DNA of 64,000 nucleotides from Yuukianura sp. NJ FZ-2021. Lineage: Eukaryota. The position numbers and the translations under genes are program-made. Location: assembly GCA_046563655.1 (NCBI GenBank), contig JAJCTO010000010.1, positions 682,001 through 746,000 of the forward strand. The letters are read 5' to 3'. Below the pieces are notes generated by a model. It saw nothing but the letters and a program-made list of their open reading frames with translations. It did not search any database and had not been told where the DNA came from. Positions 1 to 10,667 of this stretch are shown here, piece by piece (the stretch's first letter is position 1; the number at the start of each line of letters is the position of its first letter).

Positions 1-356
1 AGCTGTGGGGGATTCTGATTTAATCGTTCAGAAAGATGCTGATACATGTGATGCTGGTACCTGTGTAACTGACTAATGCGGAGATTGGTAGTGCGGTTCA
101 TGTATCGATAAGAGTTTAACAACTCCAGTAGTGCTGTTAGTTCGTGCATTGTAATTCGTAAATATTATGATTTTAGGCTTCTACCTCCCTACAGTTATTG
201 GCCAGCCTGACTAACCACTAACTCCTTCATTAATTACTTATTTGCAAATTATCACCGCCCCAAAGAAACTGATTATAATCTTTCGCAGAAACGGTCCCGG
301 AGGCGGATTATAAACCGAGAAAAAAAGGATCCTCTTCTAAAAAGAATCGGATTCTT

Positions 357-1210
357 TTAGTCTTCTGGAGACGCGCGTCTACGACGGGCTGAAGAAGACT
401 ATTGATACGACTTTGTCTGTGTGTTCACTTTTTAGGACTTTTTGCACTGAAACATAAGCCTTTTTCTGTTCGGGGGGTTATGTTTGCCTCAAGTGTTTTC
501 AGTAGGTCTACATTCCACTCAAAGTGTTAAATTAACAACGTAGAAGTTGGCGGCTACTTTACCTACCCGCAGTATCGTGGCTCCGCAAAACAGTTCTGGT
601 TTCGATTGAACTCAAAATATTTTTAAACAACGATGTTTTGATCTGCTCATTTTGTGACAATATGTTAACTTACGTTGGTAAATTGAGACTGATCAGAGAG
701 TAGAAAATCCGGCTTAAATGTTTAATATGTGAATAGTGCATAACATGGGTCAAATTTGCATTTACTAGAAATTTTTATAATTTCGATTTCAACAAGCGAT
801 ATTCGACCCTTCACCCCAGCGTTTATTTTTGTGCATGTTGTGCACTTATGACCACCAAGAATACATAAACGCTGAATTGTGCATTTACGTGAACCAATTT
901 TGACTTAAAAAAGCTATGCTGGACTCCACATTCTATTTTCACATTTTTTTCACATTTTGGTGCAATTGTGCAGATGAATGCCCCACATCTGCACCGAAAA
1001 TTATGAGCGATGTTTCGTTGCATAAATCTCGTGAAAACGGTTTCTTAACGTTTTTCTTGAACGGGTTTCTCTTCGACGGGTTTGCGGACAGCCAGTGAAA
1101 AGCCGTATCAATTGCCATGGGGTTGCGGACAGCCGGTCAAAAGCCGTATCAATTGCCAGCTCCCTCCAGAAGACCTATGCTCAACCCTTGAGCATCGTCC
1201 TACCTTGTTT
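357..1210 (+). mobile_element. Non-autonomous Helentron/DINE-1-like element (HINE), copy 1
   Basis: 5' end TTTTAGTCTTCTGGAG...AGAAGACT (subterminal IR plus hairpin). 3' end CTCCAGAAGAC (inverted subTIR), stem-loop ATGCTCAA-CCC-TTGAGCAT, then CTTGTTTT. Sits in a T run with no TSD. The same termini occur reverse-complemented at 17071, 35451 and 46218. Confidence 0.8.
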
Positions 1211-1227
1211 TGGACCGAGAGAACCCC

Positions 1228-1674
1228 TATTGTAAACCCTGCAATTGAATGCTTAAATGACGCAGTATTATGTTTCGAGTCGTAAATTTGGCCCCGTTAG
1301 CAATGAGAGGAATACCGCCGAAAATATCGCTTTTCATATATTGTATGAGACGCATTGAAAAAAGTTTTGTATAGAAATGGCATAACAGTTGTGCTAGACC
1401 TAACAAAAACAACTGTTTTCGATTTACAACGATTCAGCAAAAAGCTTAGGGTGTTGAAAACAATGCTAAAATTTTTCCAGTATTTTGAATCATTTGAAAA
1501 GCCTTCGTATCAATGGATTCAGAGCAACTTATTAGAATGCTGATGCAAAATTTTGTAAACTCTGCAATTGAATGCTTAAATGACGCAGTATTATGTTTCG
1601 AGTCGTAAATTTGGCCCCGTTAGCAATGAGAGGGATACCGCCGAAAATATCGCTTTTCATATATTGTATGAGAC
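1228..1674. repeat. 322/323-bp satellite, segment left of the TIR element (~1.4 monomers)
   Basis: Same monomer as the main array; resumes in register at 10668. Confidence 0.95.
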
Positions 1675-1861
1675 AGTAGTAGCCTAGGGGGGACTTTCAC
1701 GCCAAATCGACCATTGGACCCATAAGGTTTAAAACCCACTGGCGTGAGATCCTTATGACTTATCAAAGTCAGACTAATTAAGACATTATAGAACATTATA
1801 CAACTTAATTAACACTTCCTGTGACAAAGCTTAACATTAATTAAGACCAATTAACACTCCC
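1675..1861 (+). repeat. Left terminal inverted repeat (~187 bp)
   Basis: Reverse complement of 10471-10667 with a few SNPs and a ~10-bp indel. Confidence 0.95.
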
Positions 1862-2455
1862 GTGAGATCCTACAAGACAAGGACTTTTCACGTCAAATCA
1901 ACCTTTGGACCCATAAGGTTTTAAAGCCACTGACGTGAGATCCATAAGAAACCGCAAACACCATTTGGTGGTTGTGGTGTGATCGTTTTATTCCGTCTCC
2001 CTAACTGTTTGACAAAAATAATTTTCAAAAAGATGACATGCATGAAATTTGACTCTACCACAAATCACATGAGGATTCAAAACCACACCAAATCCTAAAA
2101 AATCAACCAAATCTCTAAAAAATAGTTAATAATTAAGAAAATAAAAGAAAAAGCCACAGACAGTCGAAATAAATTGGATTAGAAACATTTACGTCCATTT
2201 TTCAAAGCTAGACAAAGGATTTGTGCTTACCCTTGACCACAGAAGAAATTTAGACAAAAATTTTTAATATGTAAAAACAAAAATCAATTATTCAGACTTT
2301 AGTATTTATAGGTGTTTTAGAATAAATCTGTTCAACCAAACCTAATCGTTTTGAGACAACAGTTGTGAGCAGAGGGCTAGAATTTACAAATTAATCCTTC
2401 TGACACTTTACTCATAACCTGAAGTCTGAAAACAACATTTCAACAAAACAAACTG

Positions 2456-2921
2456 ATGCTACAGCAGCAGCAGCAGCAGGACGAAGGAGAAACTTTGGGT
2501 AAGTGTATTGATGTAGTGTGAAAATTATGTTCATTTTCTTATTGCGTCTTATATACTTAGACAAGCCAGAGTTTTCAACGATGGAGGTAGAGATGATCGC
2601 TACACTTCTAGATTTACACGAAGAAAAAATCCAACTGAAAATCCAACTCAATGATGTTATGCAGCAATATGAAAAAATAAAAAAAGAAATGAAGGCCATG
2701 GAGTTTAAACTAGCCGAAAATGTGAAAGAAGCAATCATCTTCAATGCAAAGTAACAATGTATTATGAAATTTAATCAACTGGTTACTAATTTGAATTCAT
2801 TTACAGAATTTTTGAACTGGAGACTCAGCTTGAAGATGAAAGAAGGGCTATTGAACTTTGGCTAAACGCTACCAGTGAAACATTTAGGACTCTCTCCAGC
2901 TCATTTCGACAAGTCACTTGA
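2456..2921 (+). CDS. Spliced orphan gene, 115-aa polyQ / coiled-coil protein (exons 2456-2498, 2561-2750, 2807-2921)
   Basis: MLQQQQQQDEGETL|DKPEFSTMEVEM...FNAK|IFELETQLEDERRAIELW...RQVT*. Two GT-AG introns (62 and 56 bp) join in frame; AATAAA near 2980; hydrophobic periodicity suggests a coiled coil. Confidence 0.75.
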
Positions 2922-3533
2922 TAAGTGTATTCTGTACTCAGAAAACGACCCAATTTTCTTTACCTCATCTTGATGAAAAAATAAAACCAGACTTAAATTC
3001 GTTGTAATCTCACAAACCGGTTTATTTGAAAATCAATGACAGAAAAATCAAACACCTTACGTTAAGTTCTCATACAAATTCTGCAGCGTTCAAGTCGTGG
3101 TGAATTTTTCTTTCTTAAATTTTGTTTTTTCTTAAATAAATTAAATCAATCAAGAAAGAAAAATAATCTTAAAACCGCAGACGCAAACGTAAATCAATTT
3201 TAAACCGAAAAAAAAAACTACTGACTACAATATCTGGAGAGAAAGTATTTAAACGCTTTGCACTCTTCATAAGAAACTGTCTTATCCTGGAAATTCTGTA
3301 GAGTATAATGAGAACAATTCGTTTCAAACTAAATAACGATTGTCTCATTATATTCCATAGAAGCATTATTCAAAACGTCAGAAATTACACCAACTTCGAA
3401 GTATCAATTGCAAGTTCATAATTTTTAATAACAAGCTATTGTTACCTAACACTCTTTATAATAGTAATGAGCGCAGAAAAAAGCTCTCTATTATTAAAAA
3501 TAGTTTAACCTTTCTTATTGTCTGGAGCAGAAC

Positions 3534-4214
<681 letters not shown>

Positions 4215-5022
4215 CACCCTTCTAAAGTTCTTCTTCTTCTTCCATGTTGAATCGTGATGATGTGAAAGTCAAACATTCATTTCTGTCAAGTTTTAAATAT
4301 ATTGTTTCATCAAATTTTTTCAAATTACAACAAATGTTAACAACAACAACTTTAATTCAATTTGAAATATTTCTTGACATGTTAAATAAAAGGTCAAATG
4401 TATGTCACATTTATTTGCACTGCAACTTTACTTTTATGAAATGCATTTCTGTCAAGTTTTAAACAAAATGTTTCATCAACTTTCATTTTTTCAAAAATGT
4501 TCTAAAGATTTTAATGAAAACGAAAGTATCTTTGTGGTCTAAAGCCTTCTTGACTCTTTTTAGTTTTGGATTCAAATTAACTTTGATTCAAATTGAAATA
4601 TTTATTGACATGCTAAATATAAGGTCAACTGTATGTAACAACTATTTATTTGGACTGTAACTTTACTTTTATGAAATGTAAGTCACAACTTTTAATTAGA
4701 CTTAAAATTTCACAAAATTTCCTTCTGTCGCTTGCATTAACAGATATTTCTGAAACCAGTAAAATTGAATAATAAAGTTTCTGAACTTTGAAGTTTTTAA
4801 AATTAAAGGAAATATCATAGTCAAAATAGGAAACAAGTATCGTTATAAACACAAAATGTGTGACAATTTCAGATTTAGACGAACATCCAATTGCTTTGAT
4901 GCAGAGGTCAACTTAGCTACTGCTCACTAAAAAGACAGAAAATTAAGATGGTTGTATGTTTGTATGTAAAAAGTAAGTAAGTTTTAACCTACCTTTTCAA
5001 CCTTCTTAGCAATCTTTTGGAT

Positions 5023-5459
5023 TTAGAAATCCGCGAACACCCATTTCATGTCCATAGAATTTTCGTTGGTAATGTATTCAACACAATGTTGAGCGAAAGC
5101 GTCTGCGATGTCACCTTTACTTTCATGCATCACAGACAACATCTTGTGCATGTAATCGTTCGCTTCTTTTGAGTTTTCAAAAGTAATTAAAGAATGAGCA
5201 GAGAAAATGTACGCAGATCCAACCTTAGTACAGCTTATCGCAAAATAGTCGCCAAATTCAATGAAAGCTTGTTTAAGCATGCTAAGCTTCGTTGACGTTG
5301 ATATACCCTTGGGCTGTGCTTCTTCCATAACGTGTTATCAAACTTTATAAGCGCGACCGGCTGATTTATATTTTCAGCTTTAAGAATTTCCTCAGCATTC
5401 TCAGAGTTTGAAAACCCGACCCTACTAAACCCTCCTATACCTGATATTGTGTAGTTCAT
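5023..5459 (-). pseudogene. Orphan gene split over two overlapping frames (probably frameshifted)
   Basis: TATAAAA on the minus strand at 5494-5500 and ATG at 5459. ORFs 5235-5459 and 5023-5328 overlap; coding-like IQKIAKKVEK and a GTAGGT donor follow the TAA. Confidence 0.5.
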
Positions 5460-5795
5460 TTTTTTAGTTTACAAATCTCCAGAGATTCGCGGCTTTTATA
5501 CAATTTTTTTATTGTGGGTAAGACGCATAACCATAAGGCTTACCCAGTTACTTCACGTGTCTAGACATGTCATTAATTCAAAAACCGCACATCCGTTAAT
5601 TTGGTCAACTTATTTGAATGATGAAACTCTAATTTGTGCCACCTGTGGCACTGCAGCATACGCACTCTAACCTAAGCCGATTTTAGCACCACTGCGGTTT
5701 ATAATGACTCTGCTAGACAACCTCACACCTGGAACCAAGTAATCTAACTTGTCTAGACACGAAATTAATTCAAAAAACGCACATTTGTTAATTAA

Positions 5796-6302
5796 TGTGA
5801 GGAAGCAAAAGTAAGGTTGGCAGTGTTGTCCACTGCACCATGGCTACCTCCTGGCCCACTAGAGGCGAACAACCAGACTTTGCTTCCTCCGTGTGACTGG
5901 CCTAGCCACACACGTCACAGGCCCCCGCACATTAAGACCTGGACCCCAGGTCTCAGCCTTCAAGATCCCACAATCACACTGGACAGACAGAGCACCTTAT
6001 CAGTTGGGTCGGATCTGATAAAGTCTGGGAAGGGGAGTAGGCATCTGGGACGTAGCGTCTTTCACAATTATCTATTCTGCTGTCCAGCAGTCAATGGTCA
6101 ACCCGGCTCAGGCTAGGGTATGACAAGAAAAATTTTCTTGGCCACGGGGGAATCCAAACCCGTCTGAGGTCCCCACATGTGAGGAAGCAAAAGTAAGGTT
6201 GGCAGTGTTGTCCACTGCACCATGGCTACCTCCTGGCCCACTAGAGGCGAACAACCAGACTTTGCTTCCTCCGTGTGACTGGCCTAGCCACACACCCCCA
6301 CA
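5796..6302 (-). mobile_element. TRIM (miniature non-coding LTR retrotransposon)
   Basis: Direct repeats 5796-5931 and 6178-6302, both TG...CA; TTAA duplicated on both sides; minus-strand PBS TGTGGGGACCTCAGACGGG next to the right LTR. Confidence 0.85.
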
Positions 6303-6393
6303 TTAAACACACTTTTTTAAATTCTGTAAACATGAATCAGCGTCCCACCAACCATATATAAGGGCACAGTCGGAGTTAGACGTACTATGCAAA

Positions 6394-7308
6394 ATGTCAA
6401 AAGGTTAGTATCTTATCCAATCTGTCATTTCAAATTGTAATTTCCTTGTTGTTTCTTCTTTTCTTTCTTTCTTCTTTTTTTTCAGCTGGATATAAAGATG
6501 GCTACTTGGAAGTAGCCGCCAGAGACATCTATAGTCCAGGAAATGATAAGTTTTTTATGCAAAACGACTTGACTCACAGCATTGGAACAGATTGTGTTTG
6601 CAGGCTGGGATTTGACGACTTGCTGCAGTGTACGTATTTACATCATCCACATAAAGAGAAATTAGCCTCAACCACTGTTGTGTTATTGTCCGCTTCCTAA
6701 TGCTTAAACAAGCTTTCATTGAATTTGGACAAGGATTACCTAGTAAATCATCGCAGCATACAACACATAATGTGTATATATTATGCAATATATAAAAATT
6801 ACATATTTTCAGGCTTCAAGCTGTATGTGAGAAAAGGCTACGCAAACTTCTCACCTACAGTTCTACATATCATCGCGAAAGAGATTCCGGAGATTTTGCA
6901 CTACACGAAGACCACGTTGAAGGAGATTGAATCTCAGCCAGCTGTAACGGAGAGAATCAATCCTAAAGATTCCAGTTTTTGGACGGATTCTAGCGTCTTC
7001 ACCACGTCGTCAAAAACAGCGCGAATGAGAATTATCCGTGGGCGGTTCTCTCGGCTTCAGATGTATTTGAATTCTCCAATTCATGAGGAATCGCGCTTCC
7101 TGAATTACATTGGTATGGAATATTGTGTAGGATAATATTATATAATGCTAAATACTCATTCTGATTTCTACAAAAGTATAACAAATAAGCTAATTATAGG
7201 TGTATTATATTTTCAGGGCCGCTGATTTTTTGGAATCGAGATGAGATATTAAGCTTTGCCACTATTATGGAAAACATTATGGAGAAGCTTGGCATTTCAG
7301 ACCTCTAA
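6394..7308 (+). CDS. Spliced orphan gene, 181 aa (exons 6394-6403, 6486-6629, 6813-7112, 7217-7308); possibly tandem PC4-like fold
   Basis: TATATAA near 6355. Three phase-1 GT-AG introns give an open frame MSKAGYKDGY...LLQCFKLYVRKGYANFSPTVLHIIAKEIPEI...YIGPLIFWNRDEILSFATIMENIMEKLGISDL*; AATAAA near 7380. The fold is only inferred. Confidence 0.7.
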
Positions 7309-8269
7309 AGCTGATTTTCTTTCTTGAAAATGTTTCATCTTTGTGATAATTGAAATGAATTCTCCTTCGCCTTTATTCGAATAAATCTTTCTTCTTGATT
7401 GGAATCAATTCTGATGGAATGTTTTATTTCAACGAATTTTTACAAAATACAACAAATGTTTGATAAGCGTCACAAGTTATTGATTCCAATTGAAATATTT
7501 CCACATTCACAAACTTTTTCTGAAACGTTTGACACGACTCTTTTAATAAATTCAACTCGGAAATAAAATATTAAGATTAAAATGTGATATTCTTTGTTGA
7601 CGGGACGTGTAGAGAACATCAGGCAAATAAGCTAATTATAAGTGTATTATATTTTCAGGGTCACTGATTTTCTTTCCTGAAAATGTTTCATCTTTGTGTT
7701 AATTGGAATGAATTCTTCTTCGCCTTTATTCGAATAAATCTTTCTTCTTGATTGGAATAAATTCTGATGTAATGTTTCAACAAATTTTTACCAATAAAGT
7801 TAAACCCTTCTACTTTAAGAGAACTTTGAAAAAGTGAAAGTTTGAATCTTGTTAGCTACACGAGGACACTTTAGTGCAAAGAGAAAGTTATTACACCCGT
7901 TTGTTAAAGAGATTTAAATGAAAACACATCCGCCCGTCCATCATAGCAAAAACGATACACGACGAACTAAGCCCTGCACGCAAACTTTTGCTCCATTCTA
8001 AATTCACCCCATGAGCCTCCAGCTTAGTTTCTATCGGTAAGTACTTAAGTGACACAGACAGGTCAGATTTCTCAGGTTTCTGGAGTCAGGAACTTTCTAT
8101 TTCCTCCAGGGAAAAAAAATTGAAGATTAACTGAAACAAAAGCGATTTTCAAAATTTTGAAATTCTATTCCGAAATCAAAACTTCCAAATTCCGCGTGAC
8201 CTGAAGGGTGAAAGTTGTTTGGGATTATGGGAGAGGAGATCATAAAATCTAAAAAGTTGCTTAACAAGT

Positions 8270-8509
8270 TTACAAAAAGACTTGGTTTAAGTTTGACGCT
8301 CTTTTCTGCTTCAAAATGGCACTCTTTGCAAGCATATTGTCCGTTTCCAGAATGGCTTCTGAGGTAAATTGATGAGGTGAAAGTGGAAAGTATGCTTGAT
8401 AAGGCGTCTTCTGTTCCATTCCCATCATCTCCAATCCTCTTACTTGAGAGTTCCGTAGGGAATGGATTTCCGCAATTGCTTTAGCGAATTCGCAAGGTGA
8501 AGCAACCAT
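8270..8509 (-). pseudogene. Coding-like remnant, unknown product
   Basis: 79-aa ORF preceded by coding-like but interrupted sequence up to ~8720. Confidence 0.3.
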
Positions 8510-9506
8510 TCGGAAATATTATTGCAAATTTTGGAACTTCCCATTTTACATCATTTGTGATAAGTCTTTCGTAGAGCTCGAAATTGAATGCCTAGGCGAT
8601 ATTAAATCTTTACACTAAAGCTGAAGGCTGGGCGTAAAGTTCAGAAATTGAATTTTTTGAAGTCTTTCCATTTTGATTTTCAAAATTTTGTTCTCATCCT
8701 TCTTGCCTCTGGCTATTTTTATTTTTAGAATTTGGAAGTCTATTAATTTAAGTCATGAGACCACAACAAAAGATCCTTGAGCGACAGTTGAGAAATCAAG
8801 TCTGAAAGAAGGTTAGTTAATAAAGACAGCACAGGAATTAGTGAAGAGACACATTGGATTTAGGATCAGAACAGATTAAGTTTTTAACGAGGTCACAGTT
8901 TTCAAACATTCAAACAACAAAATACAAAAACTGAATGAAAGAAGTCACGTAGGACTGGGTGGGACGCTTAAGTTTCAAATTTTTGGCTCATAAAAGAAAA
9001 TACAAATTAGTTTTGACAAACTCCGTATTTGCTTTTCACGGTTGGTAGCTCCTCGGATAAGAACATAATTGAATTTCCAGAATTCTTGACGCCAATAAGA
9101 CCCTTGCTTAGATAGACTTCCGGTAGGCTTACGTCAATTCTTGGAAAATGTGTAAGAGCAATAGTAACAAATTTAGGACAATAGTAAAACTGATGATGGT
9201 GGAAAATGGCAGTATTGAGCAGAGAGTGGATGTCGATGTCCTGGTTTCCAGTTGCAGACGACAGGAGGGGACTGCTGATGCTTCTGACAAAATAACTTTG
9301 TATGAACCCCAATAAATTGGATCCATACGCCAAGCCCCACGCCTAAACTCATAGACAGTTGGAGAGGGTTTATTTCTTTGTCATCATATCACATTTCATC
9401 AATTGATTGTTTCATTCACATCAACGACATTGTTTCATTCCGAGTACATACCGTACAATTCTACAAATACAATACTAGAAAAATGTAGAAATACTTTTAT
9501 TGTAGT

Positions 9507-10422
9507 TTAAAAAGGAAGTCTGAATTCTAAATCTGGGTCTTCGTATACTGTAAACGTTTGATACAGGACATACTCTCCAAGTGCTCCTTGTCGCTTTCGT
9601 ACTTGTCGCCATGCTACAATTGGAGTGGCTGTCGTACCATTTTCCGAATCAAGTTTATAGTCGGTCTTCTATAGTGGTTCTTCTTTTATGTCCTCTTCTG
9701 ATTCTTCTGGAATCGTCTTCCAGTGGTTAATGTCCATGCCATACTTGTTTCGAATCGCAAGAAGCGTGCTGTCTTTTTGGCGATAGACTTTCATTCTGGG
9801 CAGTTCCTTTACCTTTCCACCGTTTCGAAGATAGACGTGAAACAGATTGGCAATGAGCCCTGGGATCGATTGAAAATCCACCGCGGCAGTCGTATCGTGT
9901 TGTTTAATATAGACTGCTTTCAACTCCTTTGGACCCCACTTTCCCAAGAAACAATTCAAAGGTTCTGGAAACTTTGGCATTCGCTTTCTCAGTTGCTTAT
10001 AACTTGGCCATTCGAACCCTTCTGGGAATGTAATAGTACATGGACACTGGTCAGACTTGATGTTACTAGGCGGAATTTCCATTGGTTGCTATTTCCCTAA
10101 ATTTTTGTCTGGAGGTTCCACACAAGGAGATTGAGAAAGGGGTAGGGTTTTTCGTTCCTAATTCAGGGGTTCTTCTGTATTCGGTAGAAATCCTGTTGCA
10201 GCCTTCCTTGGTTCTGATTTGCTGTGTATAGTCCACAAAGCTGTCCAATGCCTGGTGGAATTTGTTCTTTAAGATTGTAGATAGCTGTGAAGCTGTCAAA
10301 GTAACTGACTATTTAGGCTTCATCATCTCCTTTTAAGCGTCTTGGTCGAGGCATTCAGGAATCCCATTGGATAACCAAAACTCCTCCCCATGGATTCATT
10401 TGTCCAAGGTGTCAACGGGCAT
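9507..10422 (-). pseudogene. Decayed orphan gene next to the right TIR
   Basis: ORF 9669-10082 continues in frame past its TAG (KTDYKLDSENG...EFRLPF*) to TAA at 9507, followed directly by AATAAA. The upstream part (10066-10422) has several stops and frameshifts. Confidence 0.55.
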
Positions 10423-10470
10423 AATGTTAACGGACAAAGGATTAAGTTTAAGGAAGTCTTAATTAGTTTA

Positions 10471-10667
10471 GGGAGTGTTAATTGGTCTTAATTAATGTTA
10501 AGCTTTGTCACAGGAAGTGTTAATTAAGTTCTATAATGTTCTATAATGTCTTAATTGATTTTAATTAGTCTGACTTTGATAAGTCATAAGGATCTCACGC
10601 CAGTGGGTTTTAAACCTTATGGGTCCAAAGGTCGATTTGGCGTGAAAGTCCCCCCAAGGCTACTACT
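10471..10667 (-). repeat. Right terminal inverted repeat (~197 bp)
   Basis: Inverted copy of 1675-1861. Confidence 0.95.

Noticed and set aside
3169..3366. Minus-strand 65-aa ORF (and similarly 9007-9333) as a cargo gene
   Set aside because: I could not build a consistent exon structure or recognise a motif; left uncalled.
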